This document shows, piece by piece, positions 14,861 to 26,934 of a stretch of DNA of 64,000 bases. The DNA is from the human T2T-CHM13v2.0 reference genome, Homo sapiens, in the NCBI RefSeq assembly GCF_009914755.1, contig NC_060925.1; one strand, given 5' to 3'. Numbering within the stretch: the stretch's first letter is position 1; every line of letters starts with the position of its first letter. Position numbers and translations under genes: made by a program. The notes below the pieces were generated by a model. The model worked only from the letters and a program-made list of their open reading frames with translations. It had not been told where the DNA came from and made no database searches.

Positions 14861-15106
14861 TTTCTGTCTTTTTAATGTCTGTGGGATTTGAAATGATGTC
14901 CTCTTTTTATTCCTGGTATTAATACTTTATGTAATCTCTTTTTTTCTGGACTCGTCTCTTCTAGTAGTTTATCAATTTTATTCGTGTTTTCAGTGAATTT
15001 TATTTTGATGCTTTCTGTTATATGCTTGGTTTTTTATTTAATTTCTGCTCTTTATTATTTCATCCCTCTACTTTCTTTGGATTTAATTTGCTGTTTTTGT
15101 TAACTT

Positions 15107-15641
15107 TTTTTTTTACAGTGAGTTTTTTTTTTTTAATTATACTTTAAGTTCTGGGATACATGTGCAGAACATGCAGGTTTGTTACAAAGGTATACATGTG
15201 CCATGGTGGTTTGCTGCACTGATCAACCGGTCATCTACATTAGGTATTTCTCCTAATGCTATCCCTCCCCTAGCCTCCCACTTGCTGACAGGCCGTGGTG
15301 TGTGATGTTCCCCTCCCTGTGCCCATATGTTCTCATTGTTCAATTCCCACTTATGAGTGAGAACATGCGGTGTTTGGTTTTCTGTTCCTGTGTTAGTTTG
15401 CTGAGAATGATGGTTTCAAAGGATTATAAATCATTCTACTATGAAGGCACATGTACACGTATGTTTATTGCAGCACTATTCACAATAGCAAAGACTTGGA
15501 ACCAACCCAAATGCCCATCAATGTTAGACTGGATAAAGAAAATGTGGCACATATATACCATGGAATACTATGCAGCCATAAAAAAGAATGAGTTCATGTC
15601 CTTTGCATGGACATGGATGAAGCTGGAAACCATCATTCTTA
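15107..15641 (-). mobile_element. L1PA 3' end with a 5' inversion (twin priming)
   Basis: Antisense 3' UTR and ORF2 end to about 15417, then sense ORF2 to 15639. TSD TTTTTGTTAACTT at 15094-15106 and 15642-15654. Confidence 0.9.
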
Positions 15642-15808
15642 TTTTTGTTAACTTCTTGAAGTGGATTCTTAGACCATTGTTTTTCAGCCTCCCACCTCCC
15701 CCCAATATTTTATGCTCAGACCTATAAATTTCCTTCTAAGCACAGATTAGCCACATTCTACAAGTAGTTGTGTAGATCATTTTCATTATCATTCTCTTCA
15801 GGATATTT

Positions 15809-16492
15809 TTTTTTTATTATACTTTAAGTTCTGGGATACATGTGCAGAACATGCAGGTTTGTTACATAGATATACACGTGCCATGGTGGTTTGCTGCAAC
15901 CGTCAATCTATCATCTACATTAGGTATTTCTTCTAATGCTATCCCTCCCCTAGCCCTCCATCCCCTGACATGCCCCAGCATGTGATGTTCCCATCTCTGT
16001 GTCCATGTGTTCTCATTGTTCAATTCCCACTTATGAGTGAGAACATGTGGTGTTTGGTTTTCTGTTCCTGTGTTAGTTTGCTGAGAATAATGGTTTCCAG
16101 CTTCATCCATGTCCCTGCAAAGGACATGAACTCATCCTTTTCTATGGCTGCATAGTATTCCATGGTGTATTTGTGCCACATTTTCTTTATCCAGTCTATC
16201 ATTGATGGGCATTTGGGTTGGTTCCAAGTCTTTGCTATTGTGAATAGTGCTGCAGTAAACATACATGTGCATGTGTCTTTATAGTAGAATGATTTATAAT
16301 CCTTTGCCTATATACCCAGTAATGGGATTGCTGGGTCAAATGGTATTTCTGGTTCTAGATCCTTGAGGGATCGCCACACTGTCTTCCACAATGGTTGAAC
16401 TAATTTACACTCCCACCAACAGTGTAAAAGCATTCCTATTTTTCCACAACCTCTCCAGCATCTGTTGTTTTCTGACTTTTTAATGATTGATA
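15809..16492 (-). mobile_element. 5'-truncated L1PA
   Basis: ORF2 C-terminus (KTWNQPKCPSMIDWIKKMW) plus 3' UTR. TSD TCTTCAGGATATTT at 15795-15808 and 16493-16506. Confidence 0.93.
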
Positions 16493-16647
16493 TCTTCAGG
16501 ATATTTCTAATTTGTATTGTGATTTCTTCTTTGATCCATGGATTATTTTGAAGTATATTTTAATCTCTAGTTATTTTCGTTTAGATTTCTATACATTTTC
16601 TAGCTATATTTTTGTTTCTGATTTCTAGTTTAATTCTGTAGTGGTCA

Positions 16648-17190
16648 TGTTACCAGTGGATGTCTTGACTATGAGTCGTCCAGATTCTTGGTGTTTTGAA
16701 CAAAGAATTGGACAAAATGCATGAACAAAGCAACGAAAAAATCAAGCAATGAACGCATAGATTTATGCTAGCATAGATTTAAGCATAGTGAAACGAAAGT
16801 ACACTCCACAGAGCAGCCCAAGAGCACTGGCTACAGAATTTTCTGGGATTTAAATAACCTCTAGCGGTTTCCCATTGGTTACTTGGCTACATCCTATGTA
16901 ATGAAGGACGGGCCTGTGACCAGTCTGATTGGTTGGAGGAGGCGACCAATCAGAGGCTGAAGTGAAGTTACAGCGTTACACATGAAGACTTGGCTGGTCA
17001 CCAGTCTGATTGTGGGAGGAGACCAATCAGAGGTACTTCCCATTTTTCATCTGCCACACAGTGCAAAGGGAGTAGCCTCTGATCCTTTTGTTACTTGGGT
17101 GTGGAGAGGTGGGGTTTTACTTTTGATTCAGTTCTAGGAAGTCAGCATGGCCTTAGGTTTCCTGCCTTCGGACTTTATTCTCCTGCCTCA
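16648..17190 (-). mobile_element. MER51-like ERV1 solo LTR
   Basis: Minus strand starts TGAGGCAGGAGAATAAAG; TG...CA ends; several CCAAT boxes. Confidence 0.75.
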
Positions 17191-18329
17191 TTTAGAAAAC
17201 ATCCTCTTCATGCTTCCAATTTGTGAAATGTATTGAGACTTAATTAATTGCTCAGCATATAATCAATTTTGGCAGATTTCCACAGGCACTTGAAAAAAAA
17301 AAGAATTCTGCAGTCGTTGAATATACATCATTTTTTTTTTAGAGCTGTGGTTCTCACCACTGTTTTAAAAGTTAAGAACCACAGGTCATATTCCGTGTGT
17401 GCACACATGCTATTTTTTCTATGGTAAGAAAATACTTCATCTTGTTTTGTAGGTGCTATGCAATATGCAGATGGTAAATTAAAATGCTTAAAATATATCC
17501 ATGCCTAAATCCTCTTATAGATATATCATTTATATAAAAATCGGGGTATGAAATTAGGTAATAAAGCAGGAACTAAAGTAATGGGAGGGCATCATCACGT
17601 GGTGTTTGATAGTTCCACTAGAAATTTCTTCTTAAGGTTGATGTTTACAGTGTAATTTAACAATAATAATATAAATTTTGTTACTTTATAAAATTATTTA
17701 AAAATTTTTCTTATATCAATTACATTTAAGCCAACTCTTAGTACACTATGTAGAATAAAAACAGATTGCAAACATTTAAAAAGGAGGGATCTTCATAACT
17801 ATATTTTTTAATGAAATTTTTATTCCACCTACATTTGTGTGTTCTACACTTTAAAAAATAAAATGCAAAAATGAAGTGAAAAGTAAAGATAAAAGGGGGT
17901 GGTAATACTATTTTCAAAACTTGGAGGATATGGTGTGGCTAAAATAAATTTTATATATTCACAGCTTTAATGTTGTTTCTCTCAAATCCAGAAAACAGTA
18001 GTGAAGTCTACCCATTGAGCCCACTTAACATCTTTAAATATCACAAACCCATTTTGTGTAACTTGTGCCTTGGTCTCTGGAGCAAGAGTTACACTAAATC
18101 TAAACTAGCGCCAGATGCCTGGAGCTCAGCTGTGAAAATACACTTAGTTGGCCCACAGCTAGGCAAGGACCTAATATAAAAAAGCAAACCAAAGGAAATA
18201 AGGTGTAACATCATTACCAAACCAAAATTATACTGTGCTGGCATATCAAAAGGAACCTCAGAAAAGGATTATTATATTGAGGAAAAATATAACCACAGGC
18301 AGAAAAAAAATACTCTGATCAAGAAAACA

Positions 18330-18565
18330 GGCCTGGCGCAGTGCCTTATGCCTGTAATCCCAACACCTTGGGATGCCGAGGCAGGCGGATTGCTTGAGCC
18401 CAGGAATTCAGGATCAGCCTGGGCAACATGGCAAGACCCTGTCTCTACAAACAGTTTTTAAAATTAGCCAGGCATGGTGGCTCATGCCTATAGTTCCAGC
18501 TACTTGGGAGGCTGAGGAGGGAGGATCACTTGAGCCTGGGAGGTCAAGACTGCAGTGAGCCATGT
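18330..18565 (+). mobile_element. Alu, 3'-truncated
   Basis: Alu consensus stops after GCAGTGAGCCATG; no tail. Confidence 0.88.
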
Positions 18566-19654
18566 TCACTGGATCATGAACTGGATCATGTTCATTTTGT
18601 ACCAACATTCTTTCTCTTTCATCCTCCCTCCTGGATCCTACATTGTTTAGGCATCTACTCTTTTCCATATAGATATGAAGAGTGAAGCTGGCCCCATCCC
18701 CAGCTTCAAATTTTGATGGCTTCTGATTAATTTAAGCCAATTATGGTCATCCCATTTCTTCTACCAATGATGGATTTAGGAATAGACATGTGACCCAGGT
18801 CTGTGCATTAAGATCTGTGAGGCAATATGCTCAAGACTTCTAGGAAAGATCACCACTCTTCTAAGAAAAAAGGTAAAGGAGTAGATGGTGTGCTGACTCC
18901 CAAAACCACTTACGTTGGAAAATTTTTAATTGACTTTGTGTTGCAGTATTTAGGTATTACCGTTTAATTCAGTGGCTAATTAAATATGTACTTTTAAAGG
19001 GGCAGAGGATGCCAGTTTAATGATTAATAAACTATATCCATTGAGAATATATTTGGAAACAGTAGAAAATCCAACTATTATAGTTTTTTTTCTTTTTCTT
19101 TAACAAATAGGGATTTGTCTCAGGTGTCAAGTTTGGAGGTAGGTATTTAGTGATGTTTCAGATACCGGGCTTTTCATTTTCCTGCTTCTGCCTTCCTAGC
19201 TTTCATTCTCATACTTGTCACTGTATGGTCACAAGGTAGCTGCTGCTACTCCTCCAAGAGGGAAGCAGGCGAAAGGCAAAGGGACAAAGGGGCATGCCAG
19301 TAGAGTCTACCTGCTTTTATCAGGAAAACAAAAACTTTCCTGGAAGGTTCACTCTGAAATCTGCTTAGATCTCATTGGCCACTCCTAATCAGAATGCTGC
19401 TTAGGAGAAAAAGAGGTTATGGATGGAGTCAAGTCAGTCTGCCAGCGGTGGCAGCCACACATACTTACCTACCACATAAATGGATCAAGCCAATTAACTG
19501 CCTAAAACCACTTGTCTCTTTACTATTCTGGAATTCTGTGGGTTTTTTGGCTATGACTTGCAACATGTCTAATCTGTCTTCTTGAATTTAGCTTCAACTT
19601 TATTAATTCAGCCACTTTTTTACTTTTTGCTTACGTTATAAACTAAAGTTAGTA

Positions 19655-19993
19655 CAGCCGGCCCTCCATGTCTGTAGGTTCTGCATCTGTGAATTCAACC
19701 AACCTCAGATGGAAAATATTTGAAAAAATGTATGGTTTCATCTGTACCAAACATACAGACTTTTTCTTATTTCCCACACAATATAGTATTACAACATTTA
19801 CATAGCATTCACATTGTGTTAGACATTGTAAGTAACATAGAGATGATTTAAAGTATATGGGAGGATGTACTTAGGTTATATGTAAATACTACACCATTTT
19901 ATAACAGGTACTTGAGCATTTTTGCATTTTGGTATTTGAAAGGGAATGGTGGGGTTAGAACCAGTTCCCCACATATATTGAGAGATGACTCTG
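19655..19993. mobile_element. MER2-like (Tigger family) DNA transposon
   Basis: cagccggccctccatgtctgtaggttctgcatctgtgaattcaacc... through ...gagagatgact. Confidence 0.7.
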
Positions 19994-20426
19994 TGGTTAG
20001 ACTATTAGACTCACTAGGTAAGACATTTAGTTTTTCTTTTTTTTTTCAAAATTGGGGCCTCTGAGCAAATATGTAAATTTGTGCTACATTTGTGCAAATT
20101 ATCATTTTTCATTTGAACCAAGCATTTTGGTAATTTTTAAATGAAGCTTATAGTTCTTATGTAACTTTTTATCTTAGGAAGAACAGAGGAACTATTGAAT
20201 ATTTGAACTGAACTCCATAACAATGATAGTACAAACTACTGTTTCAGGGTCCCTTTTGAGAAAAGAGATGCACAGTTCATTAAAAGAAAAAAAAAGATCA
20301 GTGTTTAAATTTAATGTTTAGTATTGCATTCAGGATTTATCTACAAAGACTTAGCTGTTCTTAAATTATTTACTGGACTCTGTTTCCTTATTTCCCTCCT
20401 GCCCCCAACTCTGTCCTTGTTCGCAG

Positions 20427-20450
20427 ATATGTTTATTCTCAATCACCGAG
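20427..20450 (+). CDS. SYT14: Candidate 24-nt frame-preserving SYT14 microexon (adds about DMFILNHR)
   Basis: About 70 nt free of AG and pyrimidine-rich, ending TTCGCAG|, then ATATGTTTATTCTCAATCACCGAG|GTAAAT. Open in phase 1, matching the phase-1 acceptor at 21245. No transcript evidence is available here. Confidence 0.55.
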
Positions 20451-21244
20451 GTAAATCATTGAGGTAAAAATTAAAAGGATAATTTAAGAGTGAAAGAAAA
20501 TGTGGTTTCATGTTAACTGCTAGAGGTAGAGATGTCTACTATAGACAAGATGGAGTCATAATTTATAAAGAATACAGACACAGATGTAGAGTGGGATAGA
20601 GTGCCCTTATAATGGAGAAGAGACAGAACACAGCCTCCAGTCTTTGCAGATTGATGGATGTTCGCAAACAGGGAATGGGCCTGATTCACAGTGCACCTCA
20701 TTCTAGGATTCTGGATCCAGGACAGATGTAGAAAAACATTTCTGACACTGCTAGCTGAATGCTAGTTTAAGTTCATCTCAGTAACTGAAGAATGTAGGTG
20801 AGTTCTTGTTGAACATAGGTGAAGAACAAGCAGAGGTATTATTATGTTTGTTTTTCCAACCATATTTGTATCGCTTTGACCCTAGGGTGGCCACAGATCA
20901 TGGGGTAATAGATGAAGTATGTATACATCGGGATTGTTTTGAGAGAGACAAATAAGCTGTTTAATACTTATCACTCCCTAATTTTTATGATACATAACAG
21001 GATCTTTCTTCGTATATGACTTTTATTTTTCCTAATCTTATTATGCAGGAGGCAAGGAGTGGGAAACCAGATCATTTTATTTGTGCCTCTGAACTAGGGA
21101 AAAAGAGAAGTCATTAGTAAATCTAATAGTTATGTTGCCATCAATTTTTTGATCCAGTTTTCAAAAGTTATTTACAATTATTGTAGACTATACTGTGTGT
21201 TGAGGCTAATTGGAAACAGTGACCAGATTCTTAATCATTATCAG

Positions 21245-21516
21245 GAAACTGCATTCAGAGAATGAGAAGAACACCCCCGCTGGATGAATTGCAGCCACCA
21301 CCATATCAGGATGACAGTGGTTCTCCCCATCTGTCATGTACACCCTCAGAAATTGGGGACAGTAAATGTGAATTTTCCCACTGCAGCAACAGTCCAAGAT
21401 GCTCATATAACAAGTGCCCAAGTGAAGGAAGCACAGGTCATGAAATAGAAAGTTTTCATAATAAAGGATATGAAGAAGATGTTCCAAGTGACAGCACTGC
21501 AGTCCTGAGCCCTGAA
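21245..21516 (+). CDS. SYT14: Synaptotagmin-14 internal coding exon (linker before C2A), 272 nt, phase 1 to phase 0
   Basis: Reads (G)NCIQRMRRTPPLDELQPPPYQDDSGSPHLSCTPSEIGD...GYEEDVPSDSTAVLSPE, which I recognise as SYT14. Acceptor ATCAG| ends at 21244 and donor GAA|GTAAGT starts at 21517. Joins in frame to the exon at 26935. Confidence 0.93.
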
Positions 21517-22199
21517 GTAAGTAAAAGCACATAGAAGTTTGAAAATGAATGTTATTTGGAGGATAATAATCCTGTGCTTCTCCTCTTGGTAAGAAGAATT
21601 GATTTTATCACTTATTCCTTTGTAACTTATAGTACCAGTATCCATCCTTAATCTAATCTTTATCCAACAAACTTATCAGGAATGTCCCAACTAGTCTTCA
21701 GCTGCCCCCACTCCCCAACCCCAAGCCCCACCACCAAAAGAAGATGGGTACCTAAAGATGTTTTTTTTAAATACTTTGTATAAAACATTCTGGAATAATT
21801 TACCTGTTTATTTCATCTTGAGGTTACTATTTGTATTATTTTTATTTTATTTTGGATTTTTTTACTATTGGGAGGTTACTCAATGTTTCACAAGTCTTTC
21901 AAAATAATCTTATTGTATTTTCATATCATAGAAAATGCAAGGGATAAATGATGATCAGCTTTACTAATGAAATTTGAATCCATGGCTTCATGCATTCAGA
22001 GTGGCTGGTTGGTTGAGCTTTAAGTTTACTTACTGTTTCGGAGCAAAAATGTGAAAATTACAACAAAAATAATTTTGTGGCAGTTTTGAAGTATTACTGT
22101 ATTCTAAAAAGAATTTGTTTTAATGTTTCTGTCATAATGAAAACTATATAAAGACAATCTAGAGTTTTTATAAGTTAGTATTTAGATTTACTTTCAAGT

Positions 22200-22478
22200 G
22201 TTTTTGTTTTTGTTTTGAGACAGAGTCTGTCTCTGTCACTCAGAACAGAGTGCAGTGGCACAGTCACAGCTCACTGCAGCTTCCTCCCACCTCAGCTTCC
22301 CAAGTAACTGATACTACAGGTGTGCACCACCACACCCACAAATTTTTTAATTTTTTTGTAGAGACAGGCTCTCACTATGTTGCCCAGGCTGGTCTCAAAT
22401 TCCTGGGCTCAAGCAATCTTCCTGCTTCAGCCTCCCAAAGTGCTGGGTTTGCAGGCATAAGCCACTGCACCCAGCCTA
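22200..22478 (-). mobile_element. AluJ-like
   Basis: Diverged Alu consensus. Confidence 0.88.
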
Positions 22479-24789
22479 CTTAAAAGTTTTAGATTGCAAG
22501 TTTTTACTGTTTTTGTTCCAGACAACATTCAGTAATACTGAAATATGTCCGTATTCTTACCAGATGAATTTTCAGATCTGCTGCCAAAATTAAATAATAG
22601 GTGTAGTTTCCTAATACCCAGAACAATTAAGCTATGGATAGAATTTCCTTAATTTTAGGTTTTTCTTCTATAATTGTTAAAACTACTCTGTATCTGTTAT
22701 TGCTTTTTTTAGTATTTCTAGTATTACAGTATCTGACCGAGAAGAAAATTGTATGCTGATATTTTAAGTTTAATATATCATTATTTTATGATTTTTCATG
22801 ATGAATGTTTCTTTGTGTTCCATTACCTAAACAAATTTGAGACAGCTGTTTTGTAGCTTTGTAAACTACATATATAGCTCACAAGTTAACAGTGAAGCCT
22901 GGATTGTGGGATTAATAAACAACAACAATAATACCTATCATCACTTGTGTCAGGAATTTTGCTATGAGCTTTATGTAGTCTGCTCATTTAATTCTAACAA
23001 CCACATCTTTAGGAAGTTATTATTTCCATTTTATAAATGAAAACATTAAGAGTCAGAGAGCTAAACAATTTGACCAAGTAGAAGCAGCTCTTAAATAGTG
23101 AAACTTTAGTTCCAACCCAGGTCTGTCTGACTGCCAAAACAGTGCTCTTAACAACTATATTATATTGCCTTTTTTGATCCAAAATGTTGTGTGTGAAATT
23201 ACTTTGATTCAGTGGTACCCTCCAAACATTACCAGGCAAACTCTCTCAGAGGAGTAAAGGACCAAAGTAAGATGCTCAAATTATTGTGTGTGCATGTGTG
23301 TGTGTGAGAGAGAGAGAAAGAGAGTGTGTTTTAGTCCATTTCACATACAAAGCAAGAAGTAAGAGGAGCTGGATGAAATCAGAAATCCATTAACACACCT
23401 GGGGATAAGCTGTAAGTGAGTATCGGTAGCAAGACCACACTGTGTGAGTCCTGTTTTATGCAGTGCCCATACATCCTGTCTCACTGTCTTCTTTTCCATC
23501 AGCATTCCTATTTATGATGTAACAAGGACCAGAGTTGAAATTTGAACAAGGGTATCAAGAGCCAACAGCACACACTTGTTTGCTTTGTGGGAGAGATATA
23601 GTTATACTCCTGGCCACCAGTGAAGCTTGTCAACCTACTAGGCAGTTGTAGGTTTTATCTGCATTTCTTAAGTAGAGCACATGGGTGACAGAGCTGTCAG
23701 CCCAGAGGCTACATGATCGTGGCTTGTGCATTTCATCCCTTTCTATAGGTAACACTCATTTGATCCGTCAGATTTTCTATTTAATCTTTCTTTGGCATAT
23801 GTTACAAGTTATTAACTATTTATATTTAATATCGTATGAATTCTGCCTATGTCTCACAAGCTGCTTCTTTACTCACTATCTATAGTTATCACACACTGTG
23901 AGTTTTGTCTGTATTTCAGAAGCTGCTAACTTGCTATCTGTAACCACTTCTTTGGAATTTCCTCCGTCCTGCTTATTTTTGTGTCTTCTGTAGTAGCATT
24001 GAATGTACTCAAACAATATAGCAAATGCACATTACAGAAATATTTAGATGTGAATGCCGATAGCCTATGCTAATATAAAATTCACTTTTGTGTTTTTTCA
24101 AGTTTATTTTGCATCCTTGTAATAGATATTATGTGTCAGATAGAAAATTCTCACTTTTCTCTTGGTTTAATCCAGGCTGTAGCTATCTTAGAGCCTATCT
24201 ACATACATGATTAAACTGAGAGAGGAGAGAAGGTTCAGAAGAATTCCATGGGAAGGAGTTTATAAACGCTGTTGATAACCTATTGCTATCTAAATAAAGA
24301 TTTTTTAAAACTGGTCCCATACCTTGAAAGGAAGGATTGTTTGCTTATTGCCTGTTTTCAGAATGCAGATAATGTCTTTTATCTGTCAGTGTTCCACCCT
24401 TTCAACATTGGGTTTCATAAGAGTTGTTGGAATTTTGAAAAAAAAGAAAAAACAATCAGGGCGGCACCAAGAGAAGTAAAATTCAAAAATAGCTATCTAG
24501 GACCTGATAAACATTTTTATTGCCTGAAAATCTTAGCTGTCGTGATGCTATTTTAGAAAATATTTAATTGAAATACCAAAGCCATATAATTAATAATCTT
24601 TAATTACCAATTATAAAGTAGTATACATTAACACATTTTGCTCTAAACCGTAAATTTTTTAACAGAATAAGAATATGTTTTGATTTTCTTATGCTACATT
24701 AAAAACTGAATTCTCTTTTGGGAATTTATTTCTTCTCCCCAAGTACTGTTCTTCTGTTGTTTTTTTTCCTGCATACATTATACCAACTA

Positions 24790-25113
<324 letters not shown>

Positions 25114-25609
25114 TTAAGGACTCATGTCTTTTTGGTTCTCTCTGCAGAAAGAAGCACTCTCCCGACCTAAAATAGGGGTTGGCACATAGTAGATACAGTA
25201 GTTACGGTACATGTTAAGCTGCTACAACAAAAAGACCCCTAGCCCCCACCAAATACAATGGCTAAAGAACACAGAAACTTAATTCTCTTTTGTTTAACAA
25301 CAGTGCAGGGTGAGCAGGGGGCTTTGCTCTATGAGATTATTCAGGAACCCAGTTCCTTCTCTTCTGTTTCTCTGCCTTCCCCTAGGGTATTGTCCTAGTC
25401 CACATGGTCTGAGCTGACCCACACTTCCTGTTTGTATATCTGCTTGTGAGAAGAGTGAGACAGAGAGTAGAGAGCAAGTAATTTCTTATATAAACCTGAT
25501 CTGAATGTTTCACACATAAATTATTTTTGCCTCCCATTGGCCAAAGCTGAGTCATGTAGTCGTATGAGCTATAATAGAGGCGCTGAAGTATAGTCTCTTG
25601 TGGACAGTG

Positions 25610-25879
25610 TTTTTTTTTTTTTACACAAATTCTCACCCTGTCACTGAAGCTGGAGTCCACTGGCATGATCTTGGCTCACTGCGACCTCTGCCTCCCTGGC
25701 TCAAGCGATTCTCCTGCCTCACCTACCTGAGTAGCTGGGACTACAGGCACCTGCCACCCATGCCCAGTTAATTTTTGTATTTTTAGTAGAGATGGCCATG
25801 TTAGTAGAGATTCACCATGTTGGCCAGGTTGGTCTCGAACTCCTGACCTCAAGTGATCTGCCTGCCTCAGCTCCCCAAA
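25610..25879 (-). mobile_element. AluS-like, 5'-truncated
   Basis: Alu consensus. Confidence 0.88.
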
Positions 25880-26934
25880 TCTTGTGGGTAGTATTTCTAG
25901 CTAACACTCAGGAAGGTTTTGTTTTGTTTTATTTTGTTTCGTAAATGGAAAAAGAGAAGACTGAGATTCAGTAGTATTCACTGCCACTCAAAATTTAGAA
26001 AATTTTAGAAATTTATTAAATTGGCCCACATTTTGAAATGAGAATTATTTAAGATTTATTAAAATACTTGAAGAGGCAAAGTGGTATAGTTGAAAGGTCA
26101 GAGACGTAGGTTTGACATTGTTGGTAACTAGCTAAAACCCCTATTACATTCTAGATAGATAGACTGGCAAGAATTTGAGACAATTACAGGAAAAATGGTT
26201 ATAATTTCTTTTAATTTCATAATTAAAATCTACCGTTACAGCCTTTCTTGAACTTTTAAAATGTGTGTTCTGCCATTTTCAATAGTCATTAATGTTAGAA
26301 AATAATATGTTTTTAATTGTGTTTAGAAATTGAAGTAAATACAGTCTATGTTATGGAAAGTAAATATCTGACCGCTAATATTTTGAGACCTTTATTTATA
26401 GTTTCATATTTCACATTTCCATTGATTTTTAAGTCTAAATATCTTTATATTTTATTACAGATGGGGGTGTTTTAGAACAATCTCTGAAAACGGAACCAAA
26501 TTTTTCCATAGCGTTATACTTTTATTTATGTTCTCTTTCTCTGCAGCCTGATACTGTGCTGTCAATGGCATTGTAAATGAAATTGAAAGTAAAATGTAGT
26601 AGTTTTCTACAAAAGGAGCAGATATACCCACTAAAGGATATATTTTAAATTCTCATTTATAAAAACATACATCACACTTTCTCAGAATTGTAATGGTGAA
26701 TATTAAATTCTAAACGTGTCTTTATTATCATAAGTTTTGAATTTAACTTACTGCCTGTACTAATCTCGCTCTATAGGGTAGCTTTTGGTTGTAGTTGACT
26801 GTTAATTATTATTGTATTACTTTCTTTGTGGCAGAATTGTTTTCACATCTTCTAAAGAAATATCAAGTATTTATTTACATGCTAGGTTAAATAATTGAGT
26901 TAAAAACTCTAACATTTAAATTTTCTTTTCTTAG

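Noticed and set aside
15100-15125. Recursive splice site (T-tract ACAGTGAGT)
   Set aside because: The AG and GT share one G; a recursive site needs AG|GT.
15302-15727. 141-aa ORF
   Set aside because: An artefact of the L1 inversion junction fusing antisense 3' UTR to an ORF2 fragment.
26521-26580. Strong acceptor TTCTCTTTCTCTGCAG as another microexon
   Set aside because: Only a weak donor (ATT|GTAAAT) follows, giving 26 nt, which is not frame-preserving.
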